This document shows positions 29,265-39,700 of a DNA stretch of 64,000 nucleotides, piece by piece. A program made the translations under genes and the position numbers. Below the pieces are notes generated by a model. That model did not search any database. It worked only from the letters and a program-made list of their open reading frames with translations, and had not been told where the DNA came from. This stretch comes from a virus: the UHGV virus genome UHGV-1366828; one strand, written 5' to 3'. Each line of letters begins with the position of its first letter. The stretch's first letter is position 1.

Positions 29265-29903
29265 TTAATCTATATTGATTGTTTCTTTAATAAAAGTTTT
29301 CTCGTCCGGGTTTCTTACGTATAGCATATTTTCATCTTCAATTGTGAGGTTATTTGCTACACGAAGATCCCACAGATAAGCGTCGTCTATATTTACTGTA
29401 ACAGATAATCTAGTAAACTGTCCGTTAAATAAACGAATAGAAGTATTCGATGTATCCATTACGTCAGAGTTAATTCGTATGTTGGCGTTATGTTTGAAAT
29501 TTATGTCCCTATACGGAATGATAATACTTAGGGTGGGGTAGTTGATAATATTAAATACAAGATTTCTCATGTACATATCAGCTTCTTTTTGATACCGAGT
29601 ATATATATCAAATTGATACTGAATGTTTATAGGTACCTGAGCCAACATAGAAGCTGTCTTTTCTCCTTGGACAACTTTTATGCCGTTATACGTTGTAGGC
29701 TTCTTATTTGTATTTGATATTGTATATCCCTTGGGTCTTGTTACTGTAAGTATTGGAAGTTTTATAGGGCTGTCCTTAGTCTCATCTGCAACAACTTGAA
29801 AAAGGTCTCGAATTTCATCAACACCATATACGTGGAGGTTTGTTTTTTCTGTCCAATACTTTATCTTACTTAGTAAAGCATCGTCATACAGATATACGCT
29901 CAT
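29265..29903 (-). CDS. hypothetical protein (212 aa), tail completion/terminator position
   Basis: Synteny only. Confidence 0.35.
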   Translation of the reverse strand: MSVYLYDDALLSKIKYWTEKTNLHVYGVDEIRDLFQVVADETKDSPIKLPILTVTRPKGYTISNTNKKPTTYNGIKVVQGEKTASMLAQVPINIQYQFDIYTRYQKEADMYMRNLVFNIINYPTLSIIIPYRDINFKHNANIRINSDVMDTSNTSIRLFNGQFTRLSVTVNIDDAYLWDLRVANNLTIEDENMLYVRNPDEKTFIKETINID

Positions 29904-30442
29904 TTACCCTCCTCGTTAAATGTTGGATATTCAAACATTGAATCATTCTCCTGATTTAGAAGATTGAAACTTGAATCAGAATAATCTTCAATTTCCGTCT
30001 TCACTAGTGTATCTTCATACTCTGGAGCGATTTCACAAGCTACTGAAGAGGGAAAAATCATAATGTTTGAAATCTTTATTACTCTAAACAATCTGCCTTC
30101 ACTGTTATCAAGTCCTCCCGGAACAACAAATAAAGCTCCTTGTTGTAAATCTGGCAAGTCATATCTAACATGAATAATAGAGCTTGTATCTTGTAATTCA
30201 GATACCCAACCTAATTTCTTCAATGTTTGTTGCGATGGGTAGTCTTCAAAGATGCAATATTCCAACATAGGCTTCTGGTAGTTACTTTCTATTTCAGCAT
30301 ATGTTGTATAGTGTTTATCTTTAGCAGGAGCTCTATAGATAACACGTATTCCAAGAAGTTTTGCCATTTCTTTGAAATACATACGATGTAGTTTTGTATT
30401 AGAATTAACTAATAACCCATAATTTTCATCATACGGGGTCAT
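29900..30442 (-). CDS. hypothetical protein (180 aa), neck/tail completion position
   Basis: Synteny only. Confidence 0.35.
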   Translation of the reverse strand: MTPYDENYGLLVNSNTKLHRMYFKEMAKLLGIRVIYRAPAKDKHYTTYAEIESNYQKPMLEYCIFEDYPSQQTLKKLGWVSELQDTSSIIHVRYDLPDLQQGALFVVPGGLDNSEGRLFRVIKISNIMIFPSSVACEIAPEYEDTLVKTEIEDYSDSSFNLLNQENDSMFEYPTFNEEGK

Positions 30443-30491
30443 CTATAACACCTACCTTACTAAATTAAAATCTCTTTGTAAATAGTTAACG

Positions 30492-31811
30492 TCACTTAGA
30501 ATTGGCGCCTGTTTTTCTCTTAGAATCGGGGGACCGTTGACCTTCGCCCGCAAGAATAAAATCATACACATATTTCAAAGCTGCATAATGATTTTTCTTT
30601 GCTTGAAGAACCTGAAGGAACTGCTGCGCCTTTGCGCCACCCTTATCAGCGAGAATGTCCCGGCAAGCCTTTACCAGCTCTTCTTTAGAAGCTGCACCGT
30701 CAATTGCTTCCTTGTTGTCTAGAAGAAGCTTATTGATGCTGTTTCCTTTTTCAGACAAGTTAACTTCTTGAGCTTCTGTAAGAGAATTAGTTTTTAAAGT
30801 CCCGTAAATTCTAGTTGATTTACCAGCTTCGTTCTTTGTCATATAGTTGTAATTGAATCTTTCAGTAATGAATGATTTATTCTCATTAAGTGTGCCCGTA
30901 AGGGTAAATGCTTTACGACCTCTGGTAATATTCTTATTCTCGCCAATGAAACGTAACTTGTTATTCTTTGTAGCAGTTTTTGCTTCAAAGACAAACTTTG
31001 TGGGCTTCATCTTACCAGAGTTGAACTTAATCAAACCTTCAACAACTAATGTATTTCCCTGTGAAGAAACGTCTGTTGTTTTATATGAACTCACGTTTTC
31101 ATAAACGGCTTTAAGATACGCTTCTCCTAACTCATCAAAAGAATCTGAATCAAAATCTTCAACATCGTAGTCAACTTCATCTTCAGGCCAAGGACTTTCC
31201 TCAGTTTCCTCAATCGTGTCCGCTACTTCTGTTGGAACAGGAGCAAGAACTTCTGCTTCTTCTTCAGTATCTTTAACAGGTTCAGCTTCAATTGTAAGTT
31301 TTCCGTCATCATCAGCATCCAGTGTAACCTTTTGATCTTCAGTAGCGACTTCTACGGTTTCAAATTCTTCTGTGAGTTCTTCGTCAACATGTTCTTCGGA
31401 CTCTTTTTCTTCTTCAGAAGAGTCCTCCTTCTCATCTTCCTGTTCGTCTTCTTCGTCTTTTCCCTCTTCGAACGGACTTACAATACCAATTACTTTAAAG
31501 CCCTCGGAAGTGTAACAATAGGGGCATTCTTCCCCAACATTGACAAGCTCTTCTACGTCGTCCTTAACAATATCCTCCAGCTTTTTATATACCATGGAGT
31601 TACAAACAGGGCAGTGAAGAATTACTTTCCCGATATAAGTATCTTGCAATTCATCCTCAGTTTCCGCCTCTGGATCAATTACGTCTTGAGAGGGAGTACC
31701 GGGGTCTGCTAAAAGTTGCCCCATATCGTCAATGGAGTCAGTATTATATAGCGAAAAGTCCTCTTCCGTAAGAAAGTCTAATTTCTTGAAAGCTTCGCTC
31801 AGATAATTCAT
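30492..31811 (-). CDS. highly acidic protein (439 aa) with central D/E-rich low-complexity region
   Basis: ORF with a CPVC...CPYC zinc-ribbon-like pair near the N-terminus, then an E/D-rich linker. Confidence 0.4.
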   Translation of the reverse strand: MNYLSEAFKKLDFLTEEDFSLYNTDSIDDMGQLLADPGTPSQDVIDPEAETEDELQDTYIGKVILHCPVCNSMVYKKLEDIVKDDVEELVNVGEECPYCYTSEGFKVIGIVSPFEEGKDEEDEQEDEKEDSSEEEKESEEHVDEELTEEFETVEVATEDQKVTLDADDDGKLTIEAEPVKDTEEEAEVLAPVPTEVADTIEETEESPWPEDEVDYDVEDFDSDSFDELGEAYLKAVYENVSSYKTTDVSSQGNTLVVEGLIKFNSGKMKPTKFVFEAKTATKNNKLRFIGENKNITRGRKAFTLTGTLNENKSFITERFNYNYMTKNEAGKSTRIYGTLKTNSLTEAQEVNLSEKGNSINKLLLDNKEAIDGAASKEELVKACRDILADKGGAKAQQFLQVLQAKKNHYAALKYVYDFILAGEGQRSPDSKRKTGANSK

Positions 31812-31857
31812 TTATTAAATCTCCTCGTCTATTTATCCGAATAATTATCCGACGTCA

Positions 31858-32595
31858 TCAATCAACCGCATTGTAGAAAAGGGCTGTGTTTGACGACAAC
31901 GTTTGTCTTAACTCTTGCAGCTCAGAGGTTCCTTCAGCTAGAATATCTCGACCGTCTTGCGTCCATATTGCATTCGACTGTGTGTACCTACTACGAACTC
32001 TTCCTGCTACAATCTTTGTTTTAGCTACAGCCATCCGTATCAAAACATCCGTCCAATAATCTGAAGTGATTTCAGACACATCTTGATAGATTGGTATATA
32101 TTCTACAGTTATATTACTTGGAGCATTACTTGCAACATTTATATACAATTTTTGTGAGTCTCTGTCGTATATATATGCCAGATCCGTACTAGTCGTATTT
32201 CTCATCTGAAGGATAGTGTTATACGACATGTAATTCAGCATATAATCCTGAAAGCCTCTCATGTTACCTGTTCCCGAGATTAACTGCCACTGTGCTGCTT
32301 GCATCGGATCTACAGCTTTTGTCAACGATGTACTAGCCTCTCCGTACCCTTCTGTACGATAAACTCTAAATACATTGCTGACGTATATCTTCTGGTCATT
32401 AGTTTGCTTTGGATCCGATAAGTCAATACAACGACTAAAAGGAATGGTTACAATCTTTGTACTGGTTATGTAGCGTTGTAATTCTCGTAGAGAGCTAGCT
32501 ATGATGCTGTCTACAGTAGTTGGGGTTAATTCTAATTCAAGTAGTTGACCTGTGAGCATCAATGTGACTTCGTCACGAACTTGATCCTGTGTCAT
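31858..32595 (-). CDS. hypothetical virion protein (245 aa)
   Basis: GAGGTGA site upstream. Confidence 0.4.
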   Translation of the reverse strand: MTQDQVRDEVTLMLTGQLLELELTPTTVDSIIASSLRELQRYITSTKIVTIPFSRCIDLSDPKQTNDQKIYVSNVFRVYRTEGYGEASTSLTKAVDPMQAAQWQLISGTGNMRGFQDYMLNYMSYNTILQMRNTTSTDLAYIYDRDSQKLYINVASNAPSNITVEYIPIYQDVSEITSDYWTDVLIRMAVAKTKIVAGRVRSRYTQSNAIWTQDGRDILAEGTSELQELRQTLSSNTALFYNAVD

Positions 32596-32634
32596 TGATT
32601 ATACTCACCTCACATCTTAACATATACGCTTATA

Positions 32635-32658
32635 GGGGCAAGGTATAACACTTGCCCC
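32635..32658 (-). other. perfect 8-bp GC-rich stem-loop (GGGGCAAG-8nt-CTTGCCCC)
   Basis: Lies between the small 56-aa ORF and the 32595 start; followed by a weakly U-rich stretch. Possible attenuator or mRNA stabiliser. Confidence 0.45.
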
Positions 32659-32673
32659 TTTGATATGTCTATT

Positions 32674-32844
32674 TTAAGTATTGATGTCAGTTCCTTCTAC
32701 TTGAATGTGAACCTTATCTGCGTTGTCTTTATAGATGCATACATCGGGAGTTCCAGACGTTGGCATCTGGCTATTCTGGAACATAATGTTCAAGCACTCA
32801 ACTTCAACACCGCTCACTAATTTCTTTCCTTCATATATAAACAT
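32674..32844 (-). CDS. small protein (56 aa, MFIYEGKKLVSGVEVECLNIMFQNSQMPTSGTPDVCIYKDNADKVHIQVEGTDINT)
   Basis: ATG 8 nt after AAGAGGT; fills an otherwise empty 284-bp gap; below the ORF-track size cutoff. Confidence 0.4.
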   Translation of the reverse strand: MFIYEGKKLVSGVEVECLNIMFQNSQMPTSGTPDVCIYKDNADKVHIQVEGTDINT

Positions 32845-32879
32845 ATGTCAAATACCTCTTATAAGTCTATTTTTGATTG

Positions 32880-33299
32880 TCAGGTTTCTGCAGCAGCTGT
32901 CACAGTAAACGTAACATCAACAGAATCATTGTCATCTGAAACAGTGTAAATCCATGTGCCCGCTGTTGCATCTGCTGTTGCGGTCACAGTGATTTCATTA
33001 CCACTGATGGTTTTAGTTAGCCCTGTAGACGTTGATCCTTCAGCTTTCTTAATACACTTCAGGGTTCCTGTCACATTACTTGCTGTAAGTTTAACAGTAC
33101 TTCCTCCGGCTGTAATATTTGCTGTTGTGGGAGTAACTTTGAGAGCTCCGTTAGTATCTAGAGCCTTATTCCCGATTAAAATTTCAACTTTACCGGATTC
33201 CTTTGTGAGAGTAATGTCAGGACTCGATAAATCTAAATTTTCTTGTGCTCCTTGTTCTAAGATGAACATTAGGGCGCCGTCTTTTTCATATATGAGCAT
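32880..33299 (-). CDS. Ig-like (Big_2-type) domain protein (139 aa), decoration/Hoc-like candidate
   Basis: T/S/A-rich beta sequence VKLTASNVTGTLKC...VTATADATAGTWIYTVSDDNDSVDVTFTVTA. Confidence 0.45.
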   Translation of the reverse strand: MLIYEKDGALMFILEQGAQENLDLSSPDITLTKESGKVEILIGNKALDTNGALKVTPTTANITAGGSTVKLTASNVTGTLKCIKKAEGSTSTGLTKTISGNEITVTATADATAGTWIYTVSDDNDSVDVTFTVTAAAET

Positions 33300-34907
33300 T
33301 TAGGTTTCCTCTCTTTTCAGAAGAGCATCAATTTCATTGTTTGCTCTGTCAATTCTAGCTTTTGAATTTTGATTTGCATCATCATAATACTTCTTTAGAG
33401 AATCAATTCGACTTTCGTATTGTGCTTTTAGCTTATTTATTTTAGCATCTTGTTCTGCTTGTGAATTGTCTACGAACTGTTGTGCTTCTTTTCTTCTCTG
33501 TAAAATGTCTTTCATGTTACGAACATTTTTTGTCATTTGCTGGTTATCAGCTATACGTTCCATTCGTTGATACTTCGTACTATTCCAGTACTCGTCATTA
33601 TTAACTTGGTGTTCTCTTTCATAATCAGGAGCCGGGGAAAAGTAGTCACCTACAAACCGATTAGCGTTTTCTCCGCGTTCTGGGCGTTTTCTTGCGCGAT
33701 CTGCATAATTGATTTTGTCAAAACGTCTGTAGATACCTCCTGTTTTTGAATCTATTCTGGGTACTACATCGTCTCTATTAAAGATATACACGTTATTATT
33801 AGGAATGTCGCGTCTTACTGAGCCAACATTCTTTATATATGTGTCTCTTCCTAAATTGTATTTCTGTAATACTGCTTTCTCCTCGGGAGTTAGAGATGCG
33901 TTGGCTCTCTCTTGTGTCTTTCTAAAAATCTGTTTTAGAATTTCAGAGTCATGTTTGTCTTCGTCTGACATTTCAGCTTCATTTAAAGAGTTCAGTTTTT
34001 CTTCAATAGCACGTCTAAGAGATTCTTTTCTTAGCAGCTTGTTAATTTTGCTGGTTGCATCAGCTACACCTTGCTGACCTCTTTCAGACTCTTTCTGTCT
34101 TTGCTCATCAGCATATGCCATCGCATCATCGAATCTTCTGCGAGCATCAGCAACATTTCTTGCATAATTCAAATTGACATTATCAAGATCTTTCTGATTT
34201 TCTTTTCTAGATGCTAAGGCCGCTTTCATATCTCTTACTGGCTGAGACATCTGTTTATTTACTGCAACACGGTCCTTTTCTACATCGGTTAAATCCGCAT
34301 CTGCGCCGCCGTTTCCTGCAATTGTAGCCGGCCTGTTATGCTCCTTATCCCACTGGTCCTGACCAAATCTTCCGGTATTATCATGCGTAAATGTATTGTC
34401 CCCAAAAGTGTCAACATCCGTAACTGGTGCATAATGAGACACTTTACGATACGGACGATCTTGAGCGGGACCTTTTTCTTTACGCTTTCTGATAAAGTCC
34501 GCAATATTAGTTTCTTTGTTAACTTTAACTCTGTCAAGATCCCCTGCTAAGGTACGAATCTGCCTGTTTAGTCCAGATCCTCTCTCATAATCAACATCAT
34601 TATCTTTGATAGGAGTGATGTCCCTGGCACCATTCCACCTCTTAGTTCTTTGTGGAAGTGTTAGATTATATTTGTCTGCAATATCTAATTCTTGAGGTGT
34701 CCACCTAATAGCTCTTCGTTTATCATAACTAAAATCTCTAGCTTTTGAAAGTATCTGACGAAGCACTTCATTGTCTCTTCTGTCTTCATCAGACATAGTA
34801 GCTTCCTTAAGTGTATTCAAGATAGAAGTTATCTGATTAACTACGCTTTCTTGAAGAACGTTGAATTGGTTTAATTCAAATCCTTCGTTTAGAAATTTTA
34901 AACTCAT
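33300..34907 (-). CDS. basic/charged repeat-containing protein (535 aa), internal virion protein candidate
   Basis: Internal duplication (MSDEDRRDNEVLRQILSKARD ... MSDEDKHDSEILKQIFRKTQE); R/K/D/E-rich. Confidence 0.4.
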   Translation of the reverse strand: MSLKFLNEGFELNQFNVLQESVVNQITSILNTLKEATMSDEDRRDNEVLRQILSKARDFSYDKRRAIRWTPQELDIADKYNLTLPQRTKRWNGARDITPIKDNDVDYERGSGLNRQIRTLAGDLDRVKVNKETNIADFIRKRKEKGPAQDRPYRKVSHYAPVTDVDTFGDNTFTHDNTGRFGQDQWDKEHNRPATIAGNGGADADLTDVEKDRVAVNKQMSQPVRDMKAALASRKENQKDLDNVNLNYARNVADARRRFDDAMAYADEQRQKESERGQQGVADATSKINKLLRKESLRRAIEEKLNSLNEAEMSDEDKHDSEILKQIFRKTQERANASLTPEEKAVLQKYNLGRDTYIKNVGSVRRDIPNNNVYIFNRDDVVPRIDSKTGGIYRRFDKINYADRARKRPERGENANRFVGDYFSPAPDYEREHQVNNDEYWNSTKYQRMERIADNQQMTKNVRNMKDILQRRKEAQQFVDNSQAEQDAKINKLKAQYESRIDSLKKYYDDANQNSKARIDRANNEIDALLKREET

Positions 34908-34976
34908 AAATAACTTTCTCCATTTAATTTAATACGGTAGGGATTACTTATAGTAGTATATACAATATATCTGTTT

Positions 34977-35936
34977 TTACTCTAGTATCAATTGGTTGAT
35001 GTAAGTTTTGTAATTTCCTACACCTTGTAACTGCCCTCCTACACTTATAATTTGATTTCCTGTAATGTCAGATAAATCCATGGTGTATGTAGTATCTGAG
35101 CTATTGAGTTGTACATACTTTGTGTATGTAGTATTGGTCGTAGAAGTATTACTTTGTCCTATCCCTACTAAGCCATAAGCGTTACCACTAGTGGTAGCAT
35201 GACCTACAATGGTCAATGTAGAATACTCAGTCAGGTCAATTTCAGAAGAGTTAGCGCGGGCAGTGTACGTTCCGCTTCCCCTAACAACATAAAAGTATGC
35301 GTACAAATAACCATCAGAGTTCAGAGCATACCCGTCTAAGCCGTTGTTTGTAAACGCTACACCGGCTGTACCATTGTTATAAACATAAAACTTTTCTTTC
35401 TTAGGAATCCACTCTCCGTTGACTTTAAGGTAAACCCCACTGGACTGTTGCCAAACTCCGTTTACCTTAACATACACAGCGTCTGCTAACTTCCATACAC
35501 CGCCTACCTTAACATAAACTTCATTGGCAGTAACTTTTTCTGGCACAGTTAACGTAACGGAGCTTGCTGTATGCCCGCTTGAGCCGTCTTCCACCCCAGC
35601 ACGTATTGTTGCCTCACTGTAAGATGCGGGAAACACTGCATACCAAGTAAATTTCAGACTGAAACCGTCACCTACGAGATATCTTTCTGAAGGAGACTCA
35701 CTGTCTCCAGCCCATGCATGAAAGTAAAACTGTTGAGTAGCATTGTAACCGGCGTAATTGGATGTGTACAACTTTACCCGAACGCACAGCTCATTATTCC
35801 GTAACCTTGCAATGGCGCATGCCGAATAAAACCTATACCCATAACTACCCTTTTTATATCTATAAACCACTGTACCACTAGTTTCTGTAGACCATGAAAC
35901 TACATTACTTGGTTCAGTTGTCTTCCATGTTGGCAT
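34977..35936 (-). CDS. fiber protein (319 aa) with 3 x 13-aa (Y)xKVNGxW repeats
   Basis: VYVKVGGVWKLADAVYVKVNGVWQQSSGVYLKVNGEWIP encoded by a 39-bp-period DNA repeat around 35400-35520; same motif family as the 10646-11230 protein. Confidence 0.5.
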   Translation of the reverse strand: MPTWKTTEPSNVVSWSTETSGTVVYRYKKGSYGYRFYSACAIARLRNNELCVRVKLYTSNYAGYNATQQFYFHAWAGDSESPSERYLVGDGFSLKFTWYAVFPASYSEATIRAGVEDGSSGHTASSVTLTVPEKVTANEVYVKVGGVWKLADAVYVKVNGVWQQSSGVYLKVNGEWIPKKEKFYVYNNGTAGVAFTNNGLDGYALNSDGYLYAYFYVVRGSGTYTARANSSEIDLTEYSTLTIVGHATTSGNAYGLVGIGQSNTSTTNTTYTKYVQLNSSDTTYTMDLSDITGNQIISVGGQLQGVGNYKTYINQLILE

Positions 35937-35947
35937 AATAACACTCC

Positions 35948-37549
35948 TTATGTAGTAGGGTATTTAATATATATGTCTCCGTTATTTCCTGTCGAATTGT
36001 CAGGGACATCTGTGCCTTCTAGTATTGGATGATATTCTTGTTGGTTTATGTATAACACACCCTCATTTACTCCAATCATCCATTTGTTCGTAACATAGGA
36101 AAATATACCGTGCCAAGAGTTATTTGACTCGGGGCCTACATACATCGAAACAGACGTGTCAGGATTCGTACTGTGTACTCCCGGCAGATAATTAGAGTTG
36201 ATATACAAAATATGTTTATGTAGTTCTCCGTCGGGAGAGATCTGCATCAGCAATATACTATCATCCTTATTATTATTATTTGCAGCTTGATAAAACTTAT
36301 AGCAGCCACCAGTTTCATAGAAGTCTATGCTATTATGGTCATGGTACCCGAAATCTATTGCATGGTTGTATCCGTCCGCACCTTCATTACGAAGTCTTCT
36401 AGCAGTAAGATACCCCGTATCGTTGTCTCCCGTACTCAGGTGAGGAGCCACGATAGATCCCGTTGCTGTACCTCCGGAAAGGGGCAGAAACATATTTCCT
36501 TCGACGATTAACAATGGCTCAGTTCCGCGCTTGCGGATTGTTATTGAATCACCCACACGCGTAAGTTCGATACTTCCGCCGGTAAGCTCGAACCACTCAT
36601 TGTTCATTGCGTATACGACATTCATGTCATTCAGCCATGAAAACGTGAATTTTCCAGCATACATATACTTAACAACGGTAAAGGAAAAGTCGGCGGGCAG
36701 AGCATTTAATTCGGTCAAGCCGCAGGTAAATAGGACGTCATTTGCAGATGTGTCGGCATAAACTATGCCCCCGTTGAAAGGTACTACATTTACAAATGTA
36801 TAATTGCTATTGATCGACCAAGAAGGAGGCGTTTTTGCATCGTTTGCAAATTTCGCTCGAGTTACAATACCATCAGCAATATTATTCGTACCAACAGCCC
36901 CTGCATCAGAAGAGAGAGCACCCACATCTGCAGCGCCAAGATTTACTTCGCCCGTTTTCCCATTTACACTTGTAACAGGAGCAGACTGTAATGCAGTGTC
37001 TGCTTTTCCAAGGGACGCTTGAACTGCATCCGATAAATCAGTTTTCGGAATTCCGCCCGCAGGTTTTGAATAAGTTCCAGTATTTTTTGTAAACCCTTTT
37101 GCAGCAACATCTTCTTCAAGAGTGGCTTTATCCTGTTTTCCACTTATGTCTTGATGTTGAGTAAGAAAGCCGGAGTCATTCTGTAACTCACTTGTCTTTG
37201 AAGGAATCGTGGGCTTATCGCTTAAATCAGTATAACTCCCACTAAAATTTGATGTTCCTGCACCTATTGCAGCTCTAGCCCCCGCAGCAGTACTTGCCCC
37301 TGTTCCGCCTGAGTCAAGGGGTAGTGGTGTTGTTTTAAAGGCTGCTCTAATAAATGTTTCAATCTTTGATTTTATTTCTGACCACAGAGTCTTCTTTGTT
37401 ACTCCTGCACTTTTATCAAACTGTACAAGATAATCGTTGTCTTGTAATTCAGTTGTGATTGTGGCATACTGAATCTTACCTTCTTTATCAGACAAGTCTG
37501 TATAGACTACGGGGTCGTAATCTGAAGATCTTTTACCTAAATATTTCAT
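35948..37549 (-). CDS. tail fiber protein (533 aa)
   Basis: N-terminal PLPLDSGGTGASTAAGARAAIGAGT motif common at tail-fiber N-termini. Confidence 0.6.
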   Translation of the reverse strand: MKYLGKRSSDYDPVVYTDLSDKEGKIQYATITTELQDNDYLVQFDKSAGVTKKTLWSEIKSKIETFIRAAFKTTPLPLDSGGTGASTAAGARAAIGAGTSNFSGSYTDLSDKPTIPSKTSELQNDSGFLTQHQDISGKQDKATLEEDVAAKGFTKNTGTYSKPAGGIPKTDLSDAVQASLGKADTALQSAPVTSVNGKTGEVNLGAADVGALSSDAGAVGTNNIADGIVTRAKFANDAKTPPSWSINSNYTFVNVVPFNGGIVYADTSANDVLFTCGLTELNALPADFSFTVVKYMYAGKFTFSWLNDMNVVYAMNNEWFELTGGSIELTRVGDSITIRKRGTEPLLIVEGNMFLPLSGGTATGSIVAPHLSTGDNDTGYLTARRLRNEGADGYNHAIDFGYHDHNSIDFYETGGCYKFYQAANNNNKDDSILLMQISPDGELHKHILYINSNYLPGVHSTNPDTSVSMYVGPESNNSWHGIFSYVTNKWMIGVNEGVLYINQQEYHPILEGTDVPDNSTGNNGDIYIKYPTT

Positions 37550-38065
37550 TTAACTTTTCACTCCATATATAAGGCAGTACCAATAAGTTCCTATAAACGA
37601 GATATACCCTGTCGCATTAACCACTCCATTTTCAACATTTATGTATGAATTACTGTTTGTATTCGATTCGATGATCCACACATCTCGTATGACACCACCA
37701 GCTGATGCAACAGGTGCCGCATTACTGAAATACCCGAACGATTTTTTAGAAGTAAAAAACAACTGCTGAATACTAGCAGGAATATCTTCCCGAACATTCC
37801 AGTAATTTGTACACAGGAGATATCCTGCCAGTATATTATCTGATTTAGGCAGTGTCCATGTTGTAGCTGAGGTATTGAACGTTACGGTTCCAGTAAGTAT
37901 CTCCGTGAAGGGTGCTACATCTGCAACATTCAAGGAAGAGATCTCTTGTGGCATCTGATTCAATGTCATTGTAGAAGTTTTTCCGGACTTACTACGTATT
38001 GCATCAGCAACGGACGTTAATTTACTGTCGAATGCTGTTGAATCTATTGCTTTGTCAATTGCCAT
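37550..38065 (-). CDS. hypothetical tail fiber-associated protein (171 aa)
   Basis: ORF abutting the fiber gene. Confidence 0.35.
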   Translation of the reverse strand: MAIDKAIDSTAFDSKLTSVADAIRSKSGKTSTMTLNQMPQEISSLNVADVAPFTEILTGTVTFNTSATTWTLPKSDNILAGYLLCTNYWNVREDIPASIQQLFFTSKKSFGYFSNAAPVASAGGVIRDVWIIESNTNSNSYINVENGVVNATGYISFIGTYWYCLIYGVKS

Positions 38066-38115
38066 TAGTAGTTACCCCCCCCCGTGTATACTGGTAGCTG
38101 ATTTAGCATTGCTTG

Positions 38116-38826
38116 TTATACTGCTGCGGGTGTTTGTACGGGTCCGATTATTATAACTCTGAATTCTCCTGCGGGAATATTCGTACCGGAAGGGGCTCGA
38201 AAAGCATATGTGGAGATGCTCATATCATAATACAACCCAACAGTAACACTGTAGTCAGTGGGGGAAACTTTTACGTCACCTAGTACCTGTTCCCCCGTTG
38301 ACTTATATATCGAAACCAATACATTGTTAGAGCTGAACCCGTGGTCAGACGCAGGAATTGTCCAAGTAAAATAACCATAGTCATCTCCAAAAGTTTCAGG
38401 ATTCTCCGCAGAATATACCGTACAAGGAACCAACGTACCCGTAATTGTTTCCCCCTTTGCATTATGTGCTGTTGTTCCTAGCAGTAATGTTTCTGGCGAT
38501 ACTGTGTCAGAGGTTAAGTCCAACACAGTAACGCCGTTTAGATCTACTTTATTCACATTGGAGGCCGGAAGTAGCATTGCATTACTTCTTAGAAATTGAA
38601 GTAAGCTACCCACAGGATAGTCATCCATCTCGATAATTTTATACCCATCGTTTGTCCACCCTGATGAAGCGCTGTATGCAACATATTGACCGTCTGAAAC
38701 ATATAGTAATGTATTAGCGGTTACACTGATTTGTTGAAATGTTTTTCCATTGCTCCTAAATGGAATATAATAACTACCTGTAGGAGATAACGTTAAAACA
38801 TCTTTAAACTTCCATTTGTAAGACAA
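38116..38826 (-). CDS. hypothetical structural protein (236 aa)
   Basis: ORF only. Confidence 0.35.
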   Translation of the reverse strand: MSYKWKFKDVLTLSPTGSYYIPFRSNGKTFQQISVTANTLLYVSDGQYVAYSASSGWTNDGYKIIEMDDYPVGSLLQFLRSNAMLLPASNVNKVDLNGVTVLDLTSDTVSPETLLLGTTAHNAKGETITGTLVPCTVYSAENPETFGDDYGYFTWTIPASDHGFSSNNVLVSIYKSTGEQVLGDVKVSPTDYSVTVGLYYDMSISTYAFRAPSGTNIPAGEFRVIIIGPVQTPAAV

Positions 38827-38832
38827 GCGTCA

Positions 38833-39423
38833 TCACGCTCCGATCTTCAGTGTCTGACCTCCAGCTTCGTTGTCAGTGTAAGTAACAGGAATTGCATTGA
38901 CTGTGACAGATGACAGGTAGTTGTAATCAGGACTGTCAGGTGTAACCTCTTGAGCTTCAAATGTTGGGGTTACAGTTTTTGCTTGAGGCTTTGCATCTTC
39001 TGTTCCTGACATTGTACCCGTTACACCAAGGATTGCAATACCGTCACGAATATTTTCAGGAATGATCTTTGCAGCTTCTGTCGGGTCAATCTGAGCCTTA
39101 CCGGAGCCATCGTGGAAGCCCATCGGAATTGTTACAGGCGTTGCCTTCTTTGTTATGTTAAGTGTCTTAGCGCCGTTGTTCGGCATCGTACCGGTAATTT
39201 TTGCACCGGCCTTGTAAGCTGTTTTACCTAAAAGAATCTCTGCTGCAGTAGCAGTAGCGTCTTTCGTATCAGCGTCAAACGTACTAGTACCTACAATAGG
39301 TGCGCCTGACTTGTCGTGAGCCTTTATACCTTTTGCAAGTTTTTCAGGTGTAATATCGTCTTGCGTAAGGTCAAATTTTACTTCTTCGCCAACAATAAGT
39401 TTATTGATATATGTATTTGGCAT
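38833..39423 (-). CDS. hypothetical structural protein (196 aa), two internal repeats
   Basis: Repeated KITGTMPNNG / ILGVTGTMSG segments. Confidence 0.35.
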   Translation of the reverse strand: MPNTYINKLIVGEEVKFDLTQDDITPEKLAKGIKAHDKSGAPIVGTSTFDADTKDATATAAEILLGKTAYKAGAKITGTMPNNGAKTLNITKKATPVTIPMGFHDGSGKAQIDPTEAAKIIPENIRDGIAILGVTGTMSGTEDAKPQAKTVTPTFEAQEVTPDSPDYNYLSSVTVNAIPVTYTDNEAGGQTLKIGA

Positions 39424-39424
39424 A

Positions 39425-39700
39425 TTAGTCTACTCCTAATATAAGTGTTTTTCCCCCAGCGTCATTTCCGACTTCATACTGGGGAATCTTTAATACAGTT
39501 ATGTCATCTTTAGGAACTGTTCCCTTTGTTGGTAATTCGATATCTTGATATAACTTAGGTGTTACTTCATATGGACCTTTGTAAGGTAACCCTGTACCGG
39601 TTACTAATGCAGCTTGAAACTCAAAATCTAATGGGTTTATTGGTGTTGCTTCAAACGATATCTTCGGCGTATTTATCTCAAAAGAGACAACAGGTCTCAT
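39425..39700 (-). CDS. hypothetical protein (91 aa)
   Basis: ORF; related C-terminus (GKTLILGVD) to the following gene's GQTLKIGA. Confidence 0.3.
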   Translation of the reverse strand: MRPVVSFEINTPKISFEATPINPLDFEFQAALVTGTGLPYKGPYEVTPKLYQDIELPTKGTVPKDDITVLKIPQYEVGNDAGGKTLILGVD

